Source: a virus (Duplodnaviria > Caudoviricetes). From it: a DNA stretch of 40,712 nt. Under the pieces are notes generated by a model, which worked only from the letters and a program-made list of their open reading frames with translations, did not search any database and was not told the DNA's origin. The position numbers and the translations under genes were made by a program. The stretch is taken from the IMG/VR virus record IMGVR_UViG_3300013738_000002, positions 1 to 40,712 of that record, one strand, 5' to 3'. Below are positions 33,702 through 40,712 of this stretch, one piece after another (the first letter of the stretch is position 1; the number at the start of each line of letters is the position of its first letter).

Positions 33702-34073
33702 CTACGGCGTGTACCAAATCGAAAAATCTTGGCGAGAGCCATATAGCCGCGTATCAAGCTCGAATGTGCTCACCGGAGCACCAAGCGAAACCCCTTGGTA
33801 TGTCGCATTGGTCAGGATCGCCGCGACGCTCTGCATCAGGCTCGAAGCATCGAGACGGTTGTCGGCCCAGACATTGATTTGAACCCGGGCGTTCTGCTGT
33901 GCGATCACGTCGTTGAGGATGTTCGGTGACTGGCCACTCACCTGCTGATAGGTGATGTAGGGTCGCACGACGTTGGCAGGACCGACATCCGGATAGCAAC
34001 GAAATGTTCCGTCGCCGTTGTTGACCAAGCCCTTCAGCGCTCCGAAAACGATAGTCTCGATGGGGTTAGCCAT
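33702..34073 (-). CDS. Tail terminator (DUF3168)
   Basis: YP......PYITYQQVSG...RVQINVWA...DF.IW. Confidence 0.85.
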   Translation of the reverse strand: MANPIETIVFGALKGLVNNGDGTFRCYPDVGPANVVRPYITYQQVSGQSPNILNDVIAQQNARVQINVWADNRLDASSLMQSVAAILTNATYQGVSLGAPVSTFELDTRLYGSRQDFSIWYTP

Positions 34074-34431
34074 TGTTCATGCCTTCGCTCACCATCAGCG
34101 TCATCAAGCGATTGCGCTCGCCCTCATTCATGGACGCCGCGATGTTGAAGATGCGCGTGCCGTAAAGAATGCGCATTGCGGCGACGACCTTCGGTACCGC
34201 CAGTTCCGAGCGATAGCGCACTGTCACCGTATGCGTCACCTCGGACTGCACTGCCTGCGCCGCGAGCAGCTCGCGCCCTGAAATAGGCTCAATCTCGCCC
34301 CACGCGGTGAAGGCTGCCACCCAGGTGTTTACCTGCTGGCCGGACGCGTCCTGCGTCGCCTGGCGGGTCTGGAATGTGATGCGCTTGCGCAGCGTACCGC
34401 TGCGGACCACGAAGCTGTTTGCCCCCGGCAT
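34066..34431 (-). CDS. Head closure protein (SPP1 gp16-like)
   Basis: G.LR.RITFQ...W..IEPISGRE...T..VRYR...MRI. Confidence 0.9.
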   Translation of the reverse strand: MPGANSFVVRSGTLRKRITFQTRQATQDASGQQVNTWVAAFTAWGEIEPISGRELLAAQAVQSEVTHTVTVRYRSELAVPKVVAAMRILYGTRIFNIAASMNEGERNRLMTLMVSEGMNNG

Positions 34432-34432
34432 A

Positions 34433-35281
34433 TCAGAACCAGAAGGTCTTGAACGGGTCGAGCAGCCGGTCGACGTAAGGCAATGGCTCGATCTTCCCGC
34501 GGTTCATGATCGCTACCTCCTCCCTGTTCTCGTAGATGGTCGAAAGTCGGATCTTCAGCCAGGCCTTGATGCCCTCTGGGATCACCCCCATAAAGCTCTG
34601 GCCGGTACCGGTATTCGTCAAGGCAATGGCCGCGCCACCGGCGGAGGCGGCGAGCGTGTACACCCCCGGGGAAACGATGCCCTGCACGTAGTAGTCGGTC
34701 ATCGGCTGCAGCGGCGCCGGCAGCGCTCCACCGGCGTTGGACAGACGGACCACGTCACCCACATTAAGCGCCTTCCAGCCACTGACCGTCAGATTGTTAC
34801 CGCTGGCTGCGAAGGGCGCAGCATAACCGGCGTCGAACGTCACCCACACCGCGCCGATCTGCGGCAGCGGAATAGGCCAGATCTTGCCGAACACTGGCGT
34901 GATGCGCACGGGGTCGGCGGAGTAGTCCACCGTGTAATCCGTCGGCGGCATCGTCTGGACGTTGCCTGCCATGTCCAAGTACTGGATCGACACGACCTGC
35001 ACCACTGGCCCGCGTTCGAGGTAGATCGCATGCCCGGGGAGCGTGAAGGGACGCCCATACGGAATGCCGATCAGCGACGGTCCCGGAAAGCTGTCGAGCA
35101 CCTGCTTCCAGCGCGCCACGCACAGCTGTTTGCGCGTCTCGCCCTCGGCGTAGTCGCGCGCGGCGGAAATCAGGGCCCCGATCAGCGTGTCGTCGTCGGT
35201 AATGTCGACGCGCGCCCAAGCTTTCGCCTCGGCCAGCTGCACCGGTTCGACGGTGGGCGGGGTGATGAGTTGCAGTGGCAT
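34433..35281 (-). CDS. Head-tail connector (HK97 gp6-like) with an inserted domain
   Basis: EPVQLAEAK...DDD.LI..LI.AAR..AE...IP..IK......YENRE. Confidence 0.88.
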   Translation of the reverse strand: MPLQLITPPTVEPVQLAEAKAWARVDITDDDTLIGALISAARDYAEGETRKQLCVARWKQVLDSFPGPSLIGIPYGRPFTLPGHAIYLERGPVVQVVSIQYLDMAGNVQTMPPTDYTVDYSADPVRITPVFGKIWPIPLPQIGAVWVTFDAGYAAPFAASGNNLTVSGWKALNVGDVVRLSNAGGALPAPLQPMTDYYVQGIVSPGVYTLAASAGGAAIALTNTGTGQSFMGVIPEGIKAWLKIRLSTIYENREEVAIMNRGKIEPLPYVDRLLDPFKTFWF

Positions 35282-35294
35282 GCTCTACGTGGCC

Positions 35295-35561
35295 TCAGAT
35301 GGGTCGGAAAGCCACCGTAACGACGCCGAGGTCACCCGCTGATCCGAGCGAGTACTCCGCCCGATCTACCTGGCCCGGTATCGCAAATGCGCCGCTCACG
35401 CCTGGGCCTTTGGTGATCACAGTGTTGCCATCACCATCCAGAATGGTCATTGTCCCGACCAACGGCGCGGTAATGGCTACAACCACGTTCGTGATCGACG
35501 TTGCATCGGTAATGAGACCGTTTTGCTGCGCATCCAGCAGCACGCTTTCGCCTATCGTCAT
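35295..35561 (-). CDS. Hypothetical virion protein (88 aa)
   Basis: GGAGG RBS; located between head genes. Confidence 0.7.
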   Translation of the reverse strand: MTIGESVLLDAQQNGLITDATSITNVVVAITAPLVGTMTILDGDGNTVITKGPGVSGAFAIPGQVDRAEYSLGSAGDLGVVTVAFRPI

Positions 35562-35628
35562 GGTGTCCTCCAAAGAAGAGGCCGCAAAAGCGTGAAGCCT
35601 CTGCGGCCGTCCCTCGCGGTGCGCCGGT

Positions 35629-36078
35629 TTAGCCGACGATCTGCTTTACAGAGGTGGCGTTCCAGTCGGACGCCGGGGCGAAGCGCGGCGTGAAGCCCAG
35701 CAGCGTGGCCGCCGTCAGACTGGCCGCCGTGCCGACGGTGACAGACAGCTGGATGTAGCCGAAACCATTGGCGACGTCGAGCTGCTGCGGATCGAGGTTG
35801 ATCTCGGCCTGCACGTTGTCACCGGTGGCCTTGACGATCTGCGTGATCGCCGCGCCGGTGACGTCCTTGGCGCCGGTGCCTGAGCTGTCCTGCGCCTGCT
35901 GGATCTTGGAATCGACCGTGGCCGAAGCACCCAGCACGCCAGTCTGGATCAGCGCGAGGAACTTGTTGAAGTTGGCGGCCGATACCCAGGCAGTCGTCAA
36001 TGCGCCGGCTGCCTGGCTCGAGGGCGAAATCTCGCCCAATACCGCCGCCTGTTCGGTGGCTTTCACATTCGGGAACAT
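35629..36078 (-). CDS. Putative head decoration protein
   Basis: 149 aa, beta-rich, directly after the capsid gene, GAGG RBS. Confidence 0.65.
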   Translation of the reverse strand: MFPNVKATEQAAVLGEISPSSQAAGALTTAWVSAANFNKFLALIQTGVLGASATVDSKIQQAQDSSGTGAKDVTGAAITQIVKATGDNVQAEINLDPQQLDVANGFGYIQLSVTVGTAASLTAATLLGFTPRFAPASDWNATSVKQIVG

Positions 36079-36144
36079 GGTGGTTTCCTCAAAAAGGTGG
36101 GGAGAGGGAGGCCGGCGCGGCGGCCGGCCTGCTCACGTCAGCGG

Positions 36145-37434
36145 TTAGCGGGCGCCGAGTTGGATGAACGGCGAGAGCGTGTTGCTGCCCTTGGCCTGGG
36201 CGATCGGGTTGACGATCTTCGGCTGGCCATCGACCCGGAAGGTGGCGCGGAAAGCAGTCGCATCGGCATCGAAATACAGATGCATCGAGCTTGCCATCTG
36301 AACACCACCGGCCTTGGTGATGGTGCGGTAGTAATTCAGGTCGATCAGGTCGATGTCCCCCTGCGAGCTGAAGGCGGCTGCATGCTGGCTGACCATGATC
36401 GGACGCCCCATCAGCGTGCCATACGGTGAGCCCTGTGCACCGGCCGAGACCGGCAGGTAAATCGGGTAGTTACCCAGCGTCAGGCCGAACAGCGCCGGCA
36501 GCGCATCCGGGGTGATCAGCCAGATGGAGCGGGGGAACGAACCGGGAGGAAGGCGAGCGATCATCTTGGTGATGTTCGCGAGCTGCACGGTCTGCGTGGC
36601 CTGGCCGGATTCCTTTGCAACCACCACTCCTGCCTGGCCGTTGAACGCACCGAGCGGCTGGCCGGCGCCGGTACCGAACAGAATGGCCTCGTTCGTCTTC
36701 CAGCGGATCGAGCGAGCCATCAGGCCCGGCAAGTACGATTCCAACGCGTTGGAATCGGCCAGCAATTCGTCGGTGACCGGCGTCAGGGCCATGAGCTTGT
36801 GCAGCCGCAGCGTGGTCACGCCCAGCTTCGGCTTCGTCGCGTTGGCGGCGGAGGCCTCGGCCTGCCAATAAGCGCGAACGCCGTCGGTCCCCCACGGGGT
36901 GGTTTCATCCTTGGGGAACACCATGCCATTACTGCCGACCTCGACGTCATCGGTCATCGGCAGGAGCGCGTCGTCCTCGAGGGAAAGCGTGAAGATCTCG
37001 GCCGAGAACGCGGGCGGGATCAGGAAACCTCCGTCGACGCCGCCCGCTTCGTTGCCATACGTGGTCGGGGCGGCGGCGCCGATCACCAGGCGCTGATCGA
37101 TCGCTGCCGGCTGCACTGCGGCGGAGCGGATGGCCTGGGCGAACTCGCCGAACGACTTGAAGCCGCGGCTGGGGTCATTCTCGACGTTCTCGGACACCGA
37201 GATGCGCGCACCGGCGGGGATCTCGACGCCGATCGAGCGCTCCTGGTCGGCAAGCGCCTGCTCGCGCTCGATCGCGGCGTTGGTGCGCTCGAGCGCGGCC
37301 CTTTCCGCATCAAAGGCAGCGGCTTCTTCGTCCGACAGGTCGCGGCCTTCGGCGGCCGCCTTATCGGTAATGGCGCGCATGGCGGCCACATGCTTGGACT
37401 TGCGAGCCAGCAGCTCGCGCATTTGCTTAGACAT
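36145..37434 (-). CDS. Major capsid protein (HK97 fold, N-terminal delta domain)
   Basis: Coiled-coil N-terminus; DGGFLIP...W..E...VTDELL.DS...G.G.GQP.G...L.GRP. Confidence 0.93.
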   Translation of the reverse strand: MSKQMRELLARKSKHVAAMRAITDKAAAEGRDLSDEEAAAFDAERAALERTNAAIEREQALADQERSIGVEIPAGARISVSENVENDPSRGFKSFGEFAQAIRSAAVQPAAIDQRLVIGAAAPTTYGNEAGGVDGGFLIPPAFSAEIFTLSLEDDALLPMTDDVEVGSNGMVFPKDETTPWGTDGVRAYWQAEASAANATKPKLGVTTLRLHKLMALTPVTDELLADSNALESYLPGLMARSIRWKTNEAILFGTGAGQPLGAFNGQAGVVVAKESGQATQTVQLANITKMIARLPPGSFPRSIWLITPDALPALFGLTLGNYPIYLPVSAGAQGSPYGTLMGRPIMVSQHAAAFSSQGDIDLIDLNYYRTITKAGGVQMASSMHLYFDADATAFRATFRVDGQPKIVNPIAQAKGSNTLSPFIQLGAR

Positions 37435-37451
37435 ATTGGGCTCCGAAAATG

Positions 37452-37474
37452 ACAAAACCCGCTCGAGGCGGGTC
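37452..37474 (-). terminator. Hairpin / terminator before the capsid gene
   Basis: ACCCGC-CTCGA-GCGGGT-TTTGT. Confidence 0.6.
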
Positions 37475-37546
37475 AGAATGGTGGATTGCGCTTCAGTCGA
37501 TGGACTGCTCTCCGACGCCGATGGGCGCCGGTGATCGGGCCTAGCG

Positions 37547-38455
37547 CTAGCCCAGAATCGAAATCTCGCGTTGCGCGCGGGCCAGCCGGCTGGCGCCAGC
37601 CGGTTTCGAGGCGCGGATGTTCTTCTGCATGCGGGCGACGACATCGTCAAAGGTGGCGATGCCGTCGACCATCCTCTCGGAAAGCGCCTGGTCGGCGCCG
37701 AGCACGCGCCCCTGCCCCATGCCCTGCCGCACCTGGTCGACGCCTACCTTGCGGCCCTTGGCGACGCCGCGCGTGAATGCTGCATAGTAGTCGTCGACCC
37801 GCGACTGCATGAATGCCTGCGCGTCGTCATCGAGGGGCTGGTACGGGTTGCCCTCGACCTTGAACTTGCCGGCAGAGATGAGCGTCGTCTTGACGCCGGC
37901 CTCGTCGAGCGCCTTGCTCCAGTCCTGGTGCGCCATCCAGACACCGATTGAGCCGACCTCACCGCCCGGCGTCACATAGAACTCGCCGGCAGCGCTGCCG
38001 ATCCAGAAGGCGGCGCTGGCCGCAAGGCTGTTGGCCACGGCCACGACCGGCTTCTTGGCCTGGGCGATCTCCGCGGCCAGCTCCTGCACGCCATAGACAG
38101 ATCCCCCCGGACTGTCGATATCCAGCAGGATCTGTGCGACAGTGTTGTCGGCCATGGCATCCGCCAGTGCGCCGCTGATCTGCTGCGTGCTGGTACCGCC
38201 CTCGCAAATGTCGATCTGGCTGGCACGCTGGACGATCGTACCGTAGACCGGAATCACGGCGATGGCTCCGGAGGGACGGTTTCCACCGCGCTGGCGTGGT
38301 CCAGCGCTCGGGGCGTCATCATCCGGGTTATGCGTGAAGCCGGCCGCCGGCGCGCCGTACTTGCGCGCCAGCACCGCAGCATACGCTGCCATGCGCTCAG
38401 GCATGAGCGCCCAGGGCGTGGCCAAACACCACGCAATGAATCGTTCGTGTTTCAT
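37547..38455 (-). CDS. Prohead protease, S49 family
   Basis: LDIDSPGG...AASAAFW...VGSIGV...AGKFK. Confidence 0.92.
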   Translation of the reverse strand: MKHERFIAWCLATPWALMPERMAAYAAVLARKYGAPAAGFTHNPDDDAPSAGPRQRGGNRPSGAIAVIPVYGTIVQRASQIDICEGGTSTQQISGALADAMADNTVAQILLDIDSPGGSVYGVQELAAEIAQAKKPVVAVANSLAASAAFWIGSAAGEFYVTPGGEVGSIGVWMAHQDWSKALDEAGVKTTLISAGKFKVEGNPYQPLDDDAQAFMQSRVDDYYAAFTRGVAKGRKVGVDQVRQGMGQGRVLGADQALSERMVDGIATFDDVVARMQKNIRASKPAGASRLARAQREISILG

Positions 38456-40008
38456 AGTTTCCCCCACAAAGCCAGTCGTTCAAGACGGCTCAGTGCCGTC
38501 GCCTCGATGGCGTCAAGCTCCTGATTCTGGTCGAGAAAGGCCTGCTGCGCGGCGCAATATCGGTCGGCGTCATCCTGGGATACGCCAAGAGCCGCCGCCA
38601 CGAACACTGCATGCTTTTCGTACAGCGCCGGTGTGCGCTCACGCCAGCTGAGCCCTATAGCAGCCTGCAGCATGGCCATTTCCTTTCGGGCTACCCGTTC
38701 GGCAGCCGCCGAGGCCAGCGCCGTCAGCCGCGCATCGGCGCTTTCGTCCTTGTCGGGGTCCGCCGGCACGCCGTCGACCTGTCCGGGCGGCTGCGCCTGG
38801 TCGGGCTGAGCTTCTTGCTCCTCAGCGTCGGATTCCTCGACCATGTTGAGCGGCCGCAGCGGCTCATCGAGGCCGTCGATCGGCTCCAGGTTCTCGGACG
38901 CGCGCGCCTCATTGCGCGTCATCCAGCCGTCGAGGATGCCGTTGTGGTAGTACTGCGAGCGGGCCTCCTGGTCACCGCGTAGCAGGCCGCCGAAATCGAA
39001 TTCGACCTCAAGGTCGGCGTCATCCTCGAGGAGGAGATTCGTCTCGATCGACGATTCCCACCGTTCGGCCCAGGGCGTCATGGTGTAGATGACGAAATCG
39101 AGCGACTGCTGTTCGATATTGCTGAATGTGGCCTTCGACAGGTCTCCGACCAAGTGTGGCGGGATCCGGAACATGCGCGCGATGTCGCCGACTTGGTATT
39201 GCCTGGCTTCCAGGAACTGACTGTCCTTATTCGTCAGGCCTAGCTCGTGAAACTTCATGCCGTACTCGAGCACAGCAATCTTCCCACGGTTCAGGCCGGT
39301 CTGAGCGGCCTGGAACGATTCGCGGAAGGTGTCCCGTGCCGTCTTGTCCTTGAAATTCCCCGGGAACTCGATCCATCCGCCGCCCGGCTTGGCGTCGTTC
39401 TGGAAAAACCGAGCGCCGTAGTCCTGCGCGGCGAGGCCAAGACCAACCGCCTCGCGCGCAAGCTCAATCGGATTCATGCCAACGATGCCGTCGCCGGACA
39501 GCCCGCGAATGTGCCAGAGTTCGCCGCGTGTGAAGATTTGCACGTTGCCGAACCGATCGGTGTAACGGTACCGGTAGTCGTACTCGTTGCCGTCGTTCAG
39601 CAGTTCGATCGTGACCCGGTCCGGATGCAGAGGGATCAGGTCGGTGATGTTGCCGCGGCGGTCCGCTACGATCTGATTGAAGGCATTCCCGCGCATCGCC
39701 AGGTGGCCTTGCATCATCTCGCGCCACTCAAACGGCGTCTGCCACTGATTCGGTCGGCGGCACAGCAGGTCATATAGCCAATGCTTCTCGACGGGCCTCT
39801 TGTTTTTCCCCTTGCCACGATAGAGGCGCATCGGCAGCACGCCGAACGACTCGGCCAGCACGCGCACGCAGGCTAATACCACCGGCAGTTGCAGCGCCCG
39901 GTCAGGCGACACCCGCATCCCGGAGGCCGTGCGGGTCGAGACCGGCTCGAACCAAAACGAGCCCCACGGCGAGCGGTCCCCGTCGGCCTTAATGCGGGAG
40001 ATAAACAT
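38452..40008 (-). CDS. Portal protein (HK97 family)
   Basis: V.ACV..LAE...PN.WQT...GNA...DSQFLE.R......IAR.F.IPP...FSNIEQQ. Confidence 0.95.
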   Translation of the reverse strand: MFISRIKADGDRSPWGSFWFEPVSTRTASGMRVSPDRALQLPVVLACVRVLAESFGVLPMRLYRGKGKNKRPVEKHWLYDLLCRRPNQWQTPFEWREMMQGHLAMRGNAFNQIVADRRGNITDLIPLHPDRVTIELLNDGNEYDYRYRYTDRFGNVQIFTRGELWHIRGLSGDGIVGMNPIELAREAVGLGLAAQDYGARFFQNDAKPGGGWIEFPGNFKDKTARDTFRESFQAAQTGLNRGKIAVLEYGMKFHELGLTNKDSQFLEARQYQVGDIARMFRIPPHLVGDLSKATFSNIEQQSLDFVIYTMTPWAERWESSIETNLLLEDDADLEVEFDFGGLLRGDQEARSQYYHNGILDGWMTRNEARASENLEPIDGLDEPLRPLNMVEESDAEEQEAQPDQAQPPGQVDGVPADPDKDESADARLTALASAAAERVARKEMAMLQAAIGLSWRERTPALYEKHAVFVAAALGVSQDDADRYCAAQQAFLDQNQELDAIEATALSRLERLALWGKL

Positions 40009-40184
40009 TAGTCAGCGTCCTTTTTCGGGACATACACGCCCGCCACACGCGCAACCACGAAGACGAGTGCCAGAAGAAGCAGGCCGCCCCCGACCAGGCC
40101 GGCGCCGACATTGAGCATGCAGCCACCGGCGAGCACCAGGAGCCAGCCAACGAGCAGGCAGGCATTGAAAAGGTGTGCGTTCAT
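40008..40184 (-). CDS. 58-aa two-TM protein between terL and portal
   Basis: MNAHLFNACLLVGWLLVLAGG...; coupled to the terL stop and portal start, as in HK97-like head operons. Confidence 0.7.
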   Translation of the reverse strand: MNAHLFNACLLVGWLLVLAGGCMLNVGAGLVGGGLLLLALVFVVARVAGVYVPKKDAD

Positions 40185-40712
40185 ACCGTCATGAGTTCGT
40201 AATCGCCGCCGATGACAGCTGGCTGCTCTTCCTGCGCCACGTTAGAGGCGCCCATGGCCATCACCATCGCAATTAGCCCGTCGATGCGCCCGGTCGCTTT
40301 CGATTTATCGAGCTTGCGGTTGCCGGCCGGGTCACGCGTGGCGATTGCATTGGATGCGCACCACGTCAAGATTGGGTTGTTGCCGTGCCGGACATTTCCG
40401 TTCATCAACTCAGCCTCAACCATGTCCAGTGCCGGTGACATATCCTTGAATCCTTGGCCGAACGGCACGAGAGGCAGCTCTCGACCGAGCCGTCTCAGCT
40501 CTGCCTGCAGGACATCGATGCGCCAGCGGTCAAAAGCGACCTGCACGACGTCATAGTCGTCGCAGAGCGAGCACAACCGCATGGCCACCGTCTCGTAATC
40601 GACTGAAGCGCCTGGCGTTGCCGTCAGGTAACCCTGCTGCTCCCACACGTCATAGGGCGCGCGGTCACGCAGCGCCCGGTCTTTCAGGCCGACCAGCGGC
40701 GCAAAGAACTCG
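40181..40712 (-). CDS. terL: Terminase large subunit, C-terminal nuclease part
   Basis: AFDRW...QGFKDMSP...HGNNP...DK.K...RIDG..A. Confidence 0.93.
   Translation of the reverse strand, partial: EFFAPLVGLKDRALRDRAPYDVWEQQGYLTATPGASVDYETVAMRLCSLCDDYDVVQVAFDRWRIDVLQAELRRLGRELPLVPFGQGFKDMSPALDMVEAELMNGNVRHGNNPILTWCASNAIATRDPAGNRKLDKSKATGRIDGLIAMVMAMGASNVAQEEQPAVIGGDYELMTV
40586..40712. repeat. 127-bp terminal direct repeat, right copy
   Basis: Identical to 1-127. Confidence 0.97.

Noticed and set aside
36145-37650. ORF-track N-terminal extensions (capsid 501 aa, MTase 616 aa, DUF5131 350 aa, endolysin 191 aa, etc.)
   Set aside because: They overlap upstream genes; internal ATGs with an RBS or ATGA coupling give family-typical starts

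Overview
The window is an apparently complete, circularly assembled temperate siphophage genome of about 40,585 bp. Bases 1-127 repeat exactly at 40586-40712, and the terminase large subunit gene is split across the join. It is high-GC and probably infects a betaproteobacterium (Burkholderiaceae-like), which is an inference from gene families and the LexA box type. The organisation is lambdoid. A cI/cro switch (about 9.9-10.8 kb) has TTAGG-N4-CCTAA operators. A leftward early operon carries replication initiator O with 11-bp iterons, a P-like loader, nin-region ORFs, RusA, a Ref-like HNH and a Q-like regulator. A late promoter with terminators precedes HNH, terS/terL, HK97-type portal, S49 protease and capsid, a lambda-type tail with a -1 frameshift, a GTA-like tail tip, fibres and a GH108 lysis cassette. 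A rightward operon carries YfdP/YfdQ-like genes, a C5 methyltransferase, DUF5131, xis and int. An intact attP contains the 3' half of tRNA-Pro(TGG). Two features stand out. (1) Just downstream of the late promoter, a 73-nt tRNA-shaped RNA has perfect stems and CCA but a collapsed 4-nt anticodon loop, and is fused directly to an anti-Shine-Dalgarno (GUCUCCUCC) sRNA-like element with its own terminator. (2) The immunity region holds a two-gene cassette encoding a predicted outer-membrane lipoprotein and a C-terminally membrane-anchored DEDDh exonuclease, a candidate DNA-entry exclusion or defence system. All family calls come from motif recognition by eye; no database searches were run.
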